Shown piece after piece: positions 27,191 to 34,783 of a DNA stretch of 64,000 nucleotides; the stretch's first letter is position 1, and the number at the start of each line of letters is the position of its first letter. The translations under genes were made by a program, and so were the position numbers. The notes beneath the pieces were generated by a model. That model worked only from the letters and a program-made list of their open reading frames with translations, ran no database searches and was not told the origin of the DNA. The DNA is from Nitrospirota bacterium (GTDB lineage Bacteria > Nitrospirota > UBA9217), in assembly GCA_963818475.1 (NCBI GenBank), contig CAWFSF010000003.1, positions 112,731 to 176,730 on the forward strand. The letters run 5' to 3'.

Positions 27191-30108
27191 AAGCTGTGCG
27201 GGTTCACGGACACGCCGCCGCTGTGCGGGTTCACGGACAAGCCGCCGGCATTCAAGATGGAATCAGCCGGGATGGTCACCGTATACGAGGTGTCGCTGGC
27301 GAGATTCGCGGCCGGGTCGATCGTTAAAACATTTCCATTCAGGCTGACCGTGCTCTGGATCGTCGTCGCTCCGGCCTTAAGCGTGATATTGCCGAACGCG
27401 GGGCCCTGCACTCCGTCCTCGCTTAACGTAACAATAATTGTTTTATCCGCCGGGACTTTGGTCGCGTTATTGGCCGGGTCAGTGGAAATTACGGCAAAGG
27501 GCGTTCGGAAGCTGAAGACATAAACCTTATTGGCCAGACCTCCCGCATCCCTGACCGCGTCCGCCGGAATGGTTGCGATATAGGCTTTGCCCATTTGAAG
27601 GTCCGCGGCCGGGTCGATTACGATAACGCTGGTATCATAGAACCATTCCTCGTACTCGTCGTCCCAGTACCTGGCGTAGTTGATGGCTGCACTTGCCGTA
27701 TTGCCGGCTGCATCTTTCAAAACGATGGCGGTGAAGTTAGGCCCTGCTACCGTATTTTCTGTAAGATTAACCGTGATGGTCGTGGCCACCGGCACGTTCA
27801 TCGCGTTGTTTGCGGGATTGGTGCTGCTCACCGCGGGCGGGACGATATCCGCGGTCGCGAAGCTGAAAACGTGCCCGGATTGCAGCATATTGCCCATCAT
27901 GTCTTTTATCGAGTCCGCGGGGATGGTTACGGTATAGCCGGTTTCGCCGTTCAGGCTTGAGACCGGATCAATATTCAGGACGTTTCCGTTTATGCTCAAT
28001 GCTGCCTCGACGGCTGTTGACCCAGTCTGCAGGGTAATAAGACTGAAGTTTGTCGCCTCCTGTATACTCTCGCTGAATGTTACCGCCAGGGTCTTTGTAA
28101 CCGGCACGTTTATCGCGCCGTTTAACGGATCGCTGCCTGCCACCGTCGGCGGAAAAGCATCCGGCAATGTGCTGAAACCGAATGTATAGGCTGCAAGGGC
28201 GTTGCCCGCCGGATCGGTTATTGCGCCCTCGGGGATGGTAATGGTGTATGCGGTATTGTTGCCCAGATTTGAAACCGGATCGATGATTAAAACAGCTCCG
28301 TTTATGCTTATCGTTGACTGCACAACCGACGTGCCGACCTTTAAAGCTATCTGGCTGAAATTGCTTCCCTTGACCACGTTCTCGCTGATCGTGACCGTGA
28401 CGGTTTGAGTTGCGAGTATGGTTTCAGATCCGTCAACCGGATCGGTGCCTGTCACGACCGGAACTATGGTGTCCGGCGTTTTAAAGCTGAAGGTATATGA
28501 TGCCAGGGGTGTTCCGTCCATCTTCTGTACGCCGTCTGCCGGGATGGTTACGGTATAAGCCTTGTTCAGCTCAAGATCAGCCACGGGGTCTATGGTCAGG
28601 ACGCTGCCGCTTACTTGTGAAACGATTGCAACCGTTGTTTCCCCGGTCTTCAAGGTGATAGCGCCGAACCCGGTCCCCGCCTGCACCTCCATGTTGTATG
28701 TTACGGTTATAGTCTTATCGACCGGAACTTCGATTGCTCCATTCGCCGGGTCGGTGGACCGCACGTCCAGCTTCATCAAAGCGGCGCCGGCCTTGGCCAT
28801 GCCGCCCGAAACTGTTTTTCCCTGAAGTGACGCCAAAGGCGCCGCTGATTCCATGATCAGATCGCGGACGTCTTCGGCGGTTCTGGAAGGGGCCCGGCTC
28901 AGGATCAGCGCCGCAATGCCCGCCACATGCGGAGTTGCCATGGAGGTTCCGCTTAGATATCCGTATGCATTTCCGGGCATGCTGCTCAGAACATCCAGTC
29001 CCGGCGCGCCGACATCCACGGTAGTTGCGCCGTAGTTGGAGAAGTAGGCCAATCCTCCCTGGTTATTAATCGCGGCAACGGAGATTATATTGCTGCAGTC
29101 ATACGCCGCGGGATACATGGGAGATACATCGGCATTCAGGCTGCTGTTGCCGGCCGCTGCCACAAAGACGCCGCCCCAATTCACGATCGCATCGTGTAAA
29201 GCCTGGGAATAGCCGCCTCCGCCCCACGAGTTGTTGGTGATCCTTACTCCCATTAATGCGGCATAGCCTACCGCGTCGATAGCATCGTCGATCGTGCCAT
29301 ACCCGCCCGCGCCCAAAAATTGTATGGCCATTATTTTCACGTGGGGCGCGACTCCCGCGACGCCGATGCCGTTGTTCGCAATACCGGCGATCGTACCCGC
29401 GACGTGAGTGGCATGGAAATGGTCGCCGGCTTCAAATACGCTGGCATGGTCGTTGGCGAAATCCCAGCCGTGCACGTCGTCTATAAAACCGTTGCTGTCG
29501 TTGTCGATGCCGTCCCCCGCGATTTCTCCCGGGTTGGTCCAGATGTTATCGGCCAGATCGGGATGGCTGATATCCAGACCCGTATCGATGATCCCGACAA
29601 CGACCTCCGGCGACCCCTGTTCATTGTCCCATGCTTCGGGACCGTCGATATCGACATCCGCGACTCCCGCGGCGCCCTGTATGACCTGGCCGGTGTTATG
29701 GATGCCCCATAACTCGTTGAGTCTTGGATCGTTAACATCGGCCTGGACCCGTACAATGTAGTTCGGCTCGGCGTAGAGGACGTTTGAATTCTTTTTCAGC
29801 TTCAGGATGACATCTTTGACATTATCTTTATCCTTATTCTTTATTTTGACCAGTTCGCTTCCGGTCAAGGTATGCTTCTTTACCGTGCGTATGCCAACCT
29901 TGTCCTTTAATGCCTGCTTTTCAGCCTCATCCATCTCCGGCTTGAACTTGACTATGACCTCGTCCTGCACGTATTCGATCTGGTCTTCAGCCAATATCTT
30001 ATCATCCCCGTCCTTCATGACAGCGAGGCCCGGTGAACCGGTGATCAGGATGACAGCAAGGGCAAGCAGAATCCATGAAGCAATCGATCCGTTCTTATTT
30101 TCTTTCAT
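26383..30108 (-). CDS. Secreted S8 subtilisin-like protease with I9 propeptide and Ig-like (SbsA/Big-type) repeat array, fragment 1 of 3
   Basis: The start MKENKNGSIASWILLALAVILITG (ATG 30108, RBS ggagg) is preferred over 30168. Propeptide VIVKFKPEMDEAEKQ...YAEPNYIV. Triad GIIDTGLD, HATHVAGTIAG and LSGTSMATPHVAG. Repeated Ig-like modules of about 100 aa follow. The frame is lost near 26761. Confidence 0.85.
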   Translation of the reverse strand: MKENKNGSIASWILLALAVILITGSPGLAVMKDGDDKILAEDQIEYVQDEVIVKFKPEMDEAEKQALKDKVGIRTVKKHTLTGSELVKIKNKDKDNVKDVILKLKKNSNVLYAEPNYIVRVQADVNDPRLNELWGIHNTGQVIQGAAGVADVDIDGPEAWDNEQGSPEVVVGIIDTGLDISHPDLADNIWTNPGEIAGDGIDNDSNGFIDDVHGWDFANDHASVFEAGDHFHATHVAGTIAGIANNGIGVAGVAPHVKIMAIQFLGAGGYGTIDDAIDAVGYAALMGVRITNNSWGGGGYSQALHDAIVNWGGVFVAAAGNSSLNADVSPMYPAAYDCSNIISVAAINNQGGLAYFSNYGATTVDVGAPGLDVLSSMPGNAYGYLSGTSMATPHVAGIAALILSRAPSRTAEDVRDLIMESAAPLASLQGKTVSGGMAKAGAALMKLDVRSTDPANGAIEVPVDKTITVTYNMEVQAGTGFGAITLKTGETTVAIVSQVSGSVLTIDPVADLELNKAYTVTIPADGVQKMDGTPLASYTFSFKTPDTIVPVVTGTDPVDGSETILATQTVTVTISENVVKGSNFSQIALKVGTSVVQSTISINGAVLIIDPVSNLGNNTAYTITIPEGAITDPAGNALAAYTFGFSTLPDAFPPTVAGSDPLNGAINVPVTKTLAVTFSESIQEATNFSLITLQTGSTAVEAALSINGNVLNIDPVSSLNGETGYTVTIPADSIKDMMGNMLQSGHVFSFATADIVPPAVSSTNPANNAMNVPVATTITVNLTENTVAGPNFTAIVLKDAAGNTASAAINYARYWDDEYEEWFYDTSVIVIDPAADLQMGKAYIATIPADAVRDAGGLANKVYVFSFRTPFAVISTDPANNATKVPADKTIIVTLSEDGVQGPAFGNITLKAGATTIQSTVSLNGNVLTIDPAANLASDTSYTVTIPADSILNAGGLSVNPHSGGVSVNPHSFGFRTLDIIAPAVSGSMPANGATNVAVGTTVTMNLTEETSTGPNFGAITLKDAAGNPVNAAIDYYRYWEEVGEEEWEERVDTRIIVIDPVANLEMGKTYTVTVPADAVRDKDGNANAQYTFSFSTPFIVTATSPANNATMVPVGPDDHRNLGRRRGAGSRVRQYNAQGRDDDRPERDQPERKRAHDRPGCKPRQRHHLHGEHPGRRDQECRRRFNKRLQLRLQDPGHHSACSKRQHARERRDQRGRGHDRHDESYGRNVNRAQFRRNHP

Positions 30109-30632
30109 TGTCGCCTCCGTATCAGCACTGTTCAAGAATAAAAATAATTTTGACTTGGTGACGCGCAAGTTGCAAAGGATGGGAGGATCCAGGATGAGTT
30201 AGACTGATACTTTTGTCGTCATGTGGAAAATATCAGGGTTTTTTTAGCATGTCAAGCATTAACTATGCAATTACGAAACAGTGTGCAACAATCTGAAAAT
30301 GACCGCAATATAGAGTTAATCAGGAAAGAAATTTCATTAGGCGGGAAATAAAAATGGCTCAGCGGGGAAGCAGCAAAGAGCTTACACATGCTTTTTTATT
30401 TAGTGCGAGAACGTTTGCCCAATGTGCGATCATCCGAATTTGTGCAGTATGAAATTCCATACATTGCCGTAACCGTCTGTTTGTATGTTCTAAATATTTA
30501 TTTTAGTCACTAAGACCAAAGTGTTACTGCAGTGAAATCCATACAGTCTTATTCGGTCATGAACTGCCCTCTAGAAACGGGAAAATAAAAATTACCCATA
30601 AAAACAGGAGAGTATCGCAAGTACGCAACTTA

Positions 30633-30648
30633 TGGCATTTCACTTGCT
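30633..30648 (+). promoter_or_regulatory. Candidate sigma-54 promoter (TGGCAT-N5-TTGCT)
   Basis: tggcatttcacttgct has GG and GC exactly 12 nt apart, about 300 nt upstream of the 30948 gene inside a 780-bp AT-rich intergenic region. This is a sequence match only. Confidence 0.3.
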
Positions 30649-30947
30649 ATGTGCTACGAAAGTATTGCGCGACAGATGCAATTTATGAGCTTCCTGACCT
30701 GAGCATGGGGGATCCCACATTTTTCAAGGCTATTTCGTATAAAAGTAGATGAAACGGATTTAGCTTCAGAAACAAGAAGAACCTTTCAGGAGAAAGGGAG
30801 ACGAGAGGTGAAATGGAGATTAACTGCTTTTAATAATCCGGTTACCCCCTTTTTCCCAGCTTCCCCCTTTCTCCTCCAGAGAGGTTGTTGATCTTGGATT
30901 TCGGTTTTACGAACTTTTCAACTTAAATTTAATACGAATGAACCTTT

Positions 30948-31949
30948 TTGACGAAGGAGATGAAAGTGAAAAAGTTTTTCGCCCTATCAGTGTTCGTTCT
31001 CATGTTGCTGTCTTCCTTTACCTCATCGATCCATGCAAAGCAACCGGCCGCGGAAGCTCAGCAGAAGATCGACCTTGCGATGACCTTGAAATTCGTTCAG
31101 GGCTGGTCCGCGGCAAACAAATTCCCCGAGTCCCCTTCGTCTGCCTACTATACCGTCTATTCCCTGAAAGCCCTGAACGGTGAGATCAGCCCGGCACTCA
31201 GGCAGAAGATCGTCGATGCGATAAAGAATTGCCAGATGAAAGACGGCGGTTTTTCCGCGGGGCCGGGCGATGAAACGGGATCAAATACGATATTCACCTA
31301 TTACTCGCTGGCGGCCCTTGATCTTCTCAAAGCACTGGATGCAATAGACCGGCAGCAGGCCGTCGCGTATGTCAGCTCGCTGGTCCAGACAAACGGCAGC
31401 ATCAAGGCGAAGGCCGCGGACACCGGAGCGACCCTGGCCACGACCTATTACGGGGTCGCTTCGCTCGGGCTTCTCCATGCCCTCGACACGGTGGACGGAA
31501 AAAGCGTCATTGTCTACATCAATACCTACCGGGACGAGCGCAAGGGATATTGCCTTATCCCCGGCAAGATCTCCATGACCGGGCCGACGTTTATGGCAGT
31601 AAAGTCCCTTTCCCTTCTCAACGGGTTGACCCCTTCCATCCGGAAAGAGGTCGTGAACTATCTGAAGGGGTCCCGCTACTCCGGGCGCATGAAACAGAAC
31701 ACGTATTCAACTCCGCCGGGCATTCAGGACTTGGCTGCGGTGATCGATACTCTCGCGGAGCTTTCATCGCTGAACGTCATCGATAAATACAGTGTATACA
31801 AACTCATTGAATCACTTTATATCCCGAAGAACGGCGGATTCGGCCCTGAGCCGGGCCTCGGCTCGACTCAGTCGAGCACCTATCAGGCAATTAACTGCCT
31901 GGCAAAGATCGGGAAACTTGATGCCTTGTACGCGCCGCTCAGGAAGTGA
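30948..31949 (+). CDS. Secreted prenyltransferase/squalene-oxidase-repeat (alpha/alpha toroid) protein
   Basis: Signal peptide KKFFALSVFVLMLLSSFTSSIHA. Repeats of about 48 aa each contain a DGGF/NGS...T(Y/F)Y..(A/S)L.LL motif. The true start may be ATG 30960 or GTG 30966. Confidence 0.6.
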   Translation: MTKEMKVKKFFALSVFVLMLLSSFTSSIHAKQPAAEAQQKIDLAMTLKFVQGWSAANKFPESPSSAYYTVYSLKALNGEISPALRQKIVDAIKNCQMKDGGFSAGPGDETGSNTIFTYYSLAALDLLKALDAIDRQQAVAYVSSLVQTNGSIKAKAADTGATLATTYYGVASLGLLHALDTVDGKSVIVYINTYRDERKGYCLIPGKISMTGPTFMAVKSLSLLNGLTPSIRKEVVNYLKGSRYSGRMKQNTYSTPPGIQDLAAVIDTLAELSSLNVIDKYSVYKLIESLYIPKNGGFGPEPGLGSTQSSTYQAINCLAKIGKLDALYAPLRK

Positions 31950-31993
31950 AAGTTTGGGAGTCAATTCATATTACGTAAGGAGGAACAAGGTTA

Positions 31994-32118
31994 CTAATGC
32001 AAACGCATTTAGATTCGTTACTGATTTGCCCCTCACCTTTGTCCTCTCCCCAGCGGGGAGAGGGTAGGGCGAGGGGGGACTTTCCTGGATGTAACAATAT
32101 TTAATGCGTTTGTATTAG
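31994..32118. repeat. MITE-like 125-bp element, copy 1
   Basis: Imperfect terminal inverted repeats ctaatgcaaacgcattt / aaatgcgtttgtattag. The core is ccctcacctttgtcctctccccagcggggagagggtagggcgagggg. An inverted copy lies at 47588..47711. Confidence 0.6.
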
Positions 32119-32161
32119 AACCTATCTCAAAATCAGTTTTTTGCTTTCGTCCGTCTTTTTG

Positions 32162-32307
32162 CGTCATTCCCGTGTAAACGGGAATCCAGTGTTTTCAGCC
32201 TTGTCTGGTAAAGCATCAATATCTTACCTCATGCCGTCATTCCGGGCTTGACCCGGAATCCAGTTTTTTTTCGCGAATCTCTGGATTCCCGCTTTCGCGG
32301 GAATGAC
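32162..32307. repeat. Three hairpin repeats of the 'gtcattccc-N-gggaatccag' family
   Basis: Units lie at 32162-32189 and 32235-32263 in direct orientation, and at 32281-32307 in inverted orientation. Confidence 0.55.
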
Positions 32308-32402
32308 AGACACTGAGTAGGACAGCAGAAAAAGCAAAAGCCCCTGATTTCAGGGGCTTTCGCACGGACGTTGATGGGGTAAGGGAGATGTGACTTACTC
32401 AC

Positions 32403-32870
32403 TTATTTGAACAATTTCAAATAGGCTGAAAATACGTATTGCTTTCCCCTTTTACCACCGGTGATTTCCTTCAATATTCCGAACCGATCCAGATCAGCAA
32501 TCAGTTTATATGCAGATGCCGGCGATATTCCCGTCACTTCTCCAACCTTGGCAGCATCGATCATTGGACGTTGATAGAGGTAATGAACAACCTTCTGTGC
32601 ATTTGCCGTTCTGCTTCCAAGCGTCTGGATCTGGGTTTCCACCTTCTTTTGCAGCTTGAGAATGTTGTCAAACGTCGCAATGCTGCTTTTCGCGGTTTCG
32701 ATTATTCCTATGAGGAAAAACTTGAACCATTGAAAAAGGTCGTTCTTTTCCCTCGCACGCATGAGATTATCGTAATACACCGTTCGATTACGCTCGAGCT
32801 GTTTTAGTATTCCTCTGTTGACAAGGTAAAGGGTGATCAGTAACCGCCCCACGCGGCCATTGCGCGCTAT
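32403..32870 (-). pseudogene. Fic-family protein remnant (5'-truncated, C-terminal wHTH retained)
   Basis: The reading frame begins inside the Fic motif (..NGRVGRLLITLYLV), so the HPFxxGN part and everything upstream are missing. The C-terminal part (YYDNL...FFL...VTGISPASAYKLIADL) is Fic-like. Confidence 0.55.
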
Positions 32871-32950
32871 TTTAGTTTTCGTGTAAAATCTAAAATAAGC
32901 ATCGTAGTTATTTTAGCCTGACGAGGTCGTTTTCTTTTGCACCCCTCAGT

Positions 32951-33873
32951 GTCAGGCCTATAATGTTTATATTTCTATTTTTTCATAAGCTGACTGACGT
33001 ACGTAAAGTGCATCCCCAGGTGATCAGCTATCGCCCGCTGGGTATATCCGTATTTCTCAACAGCCTCCGCAATCTTCCGGCTGCGCTTTTGCTTGTCTTT
33101 CAGTACAGCCAGCGAAAAGATTTTTGCGAGTTCAGGCCTATGCGCATATCGCTGGCTTCTTGGTATTTCCGGGACATCCTTGTGTTTTCTCAGATGATCG
33201 AGAAGCTTATCGGCAAATTCCTCTTCCCCGAGAATGATCTGACCTCTGACTTCAGTCCAGATCGTCTGTTTTCCAATTCCCCAATGGACAAACTGTTTAT
33301 ATTCTTTCTCAGCCTTGCCCCTCTTTCCACTGAACTGACCGAGTACCCAGTCGGTCGTAAGGCAGGGATGCGCTCCTTCCCTTCCAACTGTAGCCCGGTA
33401 GCTGCTCCACTTCCATGCTTCGGGAGCATCCACCATCTTTGCCCTTACCGGATTGAGGACGACATATCGGCAAACCTCCAGAAGATGGCTGTCTTTCTGG
33501 ATAAGGATGGATTTGTATCTTCCCTGAAAGAGATGGCCGGCACGTCCATGAAGCTTATTGAAGAGCTGAGTATACACGCCGTTCAACTGCCGCATGCCGA
33601 TTGCAAGGTTTCCGTCCGGCGTCTCGACCAGAAGATGGTAATGGTTGTCCATGAGGCAACAGGCGTGGCAGATCCAGTTGTAGCGTTTTTTGACATGCTG
33701 AAGGGTATTGAGGAAGTTGATGCGGTCCTGGTCGCTTTTAAAAACGGGCTTTCGCTCGTTTCCACGAGAAGTAATATGGTAGACAGCACCTGCATACTCT
33801 ATTCGCAAAGGTCGAGCCATTGGCCCAGAGGATATCAGAAGAAAAGATAAAAGTCAAACATTATAGACCTGAC
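32951..33873. mobile_element. Compact transposable unit: Y1 transposase gene bracketed by 18-bp terminal inverted repeats
   Basis: The left end gtcaggcctataatgttt (32951-32968) matches the reverse complement of the right end, gtcaggtctataatgttt (33856-33873), at 17/18 positions. The unit abuts the truncated Fic gene. Confidence 0.55.
32975..33820 (-). CDS. IS200-like Y1 (HUH) transposase with C-terminal HTH
   Basis: 281 aa. AVYHITSRGNERKPVF, HUH motif MDNHYHLLVETP, GRAGHLFQGRYKS and RYVVLNPVRAKMV. The C-terminal part is YGYTQRAIADHLGMHFTYVSQLMKK. Confidence 0.75.
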   Translation of the reverse strand: MARPLRIEYAGAVYHITSRGNERKPVFKSDQDRINFLNTLQHVKKRYNWICHACCLMDNHYHLLVETPDGNLAIGMRQLNGVYTQLFNKLHGRAGHLFQGRYKSILIQKDSHLLEVCRYVVLNPVRAKMVDAPEAWKWSSYRATVGREGAHPCLTTDWVLGQFSGKRGKAEKEYKQFVHWGIGKQTIWTEVRGQIILGEEEFADKLLDHLRKHKDVPEIPRSQRYAHRPELAKIFSLAVLKDKQKRSRKIAEAVEKYGYTQRAIADHLGMHFTYVSQLMKK

Positions 33874-33932
33874 CCTATGAGTTGTTCGGTTTTCTACTTG
33901 CGTCTTTTACTTGCTATCTTTCTGGCAGCTCA

Positions 33933-34694
33933 CTACATGACAGTTTTGCGTAGATAACCCAACCAGTCCAGTGTCCTTGCATATTTCTCCTGGGATAGTG
34001 GGTCTGGAGCGGCTAACTTCATGATCCCAAGTTGATGAGCTAGATTTGAGTGTGATAGGGTATACATCCCCCAGTTACGAACGTTGGGATTCACCGGCAC
34101 AACAACATAACCATCAAAGTTACCATTGTCATAAGTTGATGTTTTATGAAAAGGTATTTCTCGGTAGGGCTGTAGATGCATCGCAAAAGAATAATCTTTA
34201 GCCCATTCAATGCCACTTTCACTGGCCTTGGGCTTAGTTATTTTGCAGCGATTATCCAGATGCTCAAAATGAGCCACAACTGAAGGTGTCAGAATGGTAC
34301 CTATCCAATTCTGAGAGTGTTGATAATGATTGGCCTCTACAATCGGTCGTCCTGCCAAAATAACACCCTGTCGCGTATTTGGTGAACGCATAAATGTACC
34401 GTACGCGATTGCCCCACGAACAGCGATGCGTTGCTGAGAAAGTTGATATGACAGATGTGAGCAGGTGCGAATGATGTTTGCAAAGCTTTCATCAGTTTCA
34501 TCAATTGTATTAATAACGAGATTATCTGAAAAAAGTACGAATTGCAGTGATGGATTGGCACTGTCAAGTATGGAAATGACTGACTCGATGTATTTTTGCA
34601 CTTGGTCGAGCCCATCATCCTTGCCCACAAGCTCGCGAAAACCCAGAACGTCTATTAACGCAACGAATCCTGTAATCCTTTTCACATCATCCAC
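33933..34694 (-). CDS. Uncharacterised protein with a nucleotidyl-cyclase-like (class III palm) N-terminal motif pattern
   Basis: 253 aa. GFVALIDVLGFRELV, then LFSDNLVI, then RIAVRGAIAYGTF mimic the order of class III cyclase motifs (F.D..GF.., .GD.., R.GI..G). It lies 89 nt downstream of hsdR on the same strand. The function is inferred only. Confidence 0.4.
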   Translation of the reverse strand: MDDVKRITGFVALIDVLGFRELVGKDDGLDQVQKYIESVISILDSANPSLQFVLFSDNLVINTIDETDESFANIIRTCSHLSYQLSQQRIAVRGAIAYGTFMRSPNTRQGVILAGRPIVEANHYQHSQNWIGTILTPSVVAHFEHLDNRCKITKPKASESGIEWAKDYSFAMHLQPYREIPFHKTSTYDNGNFDGYVVVPVNPNVRNWGMYTLSHSNLAHQLGIMKLAAPDPLSQEKYARTLDWLGYLRKTVM

Positions 34695-34783
34695 GGCAAA
34701 GATTCCTCCAGATATTTGTCCGGTAGAGAACCGGAGAATAGTTTAGTCCTCGCCCTACATAAAGACTTGGGCTGCGGGACGGT

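Noticed and set aside
23924-28825. Plus-strand ORFs tiled across the protease repeat region, and the possibility that the periodic repeats are a CRISPR array
   Set aside because: The plus-strand ORFs are antisense shadows of the repeat array. The repeats are about 300-660 bp coding modules with no short direct repeat plus unique spacer organisation, so this is not a CRISPR array.
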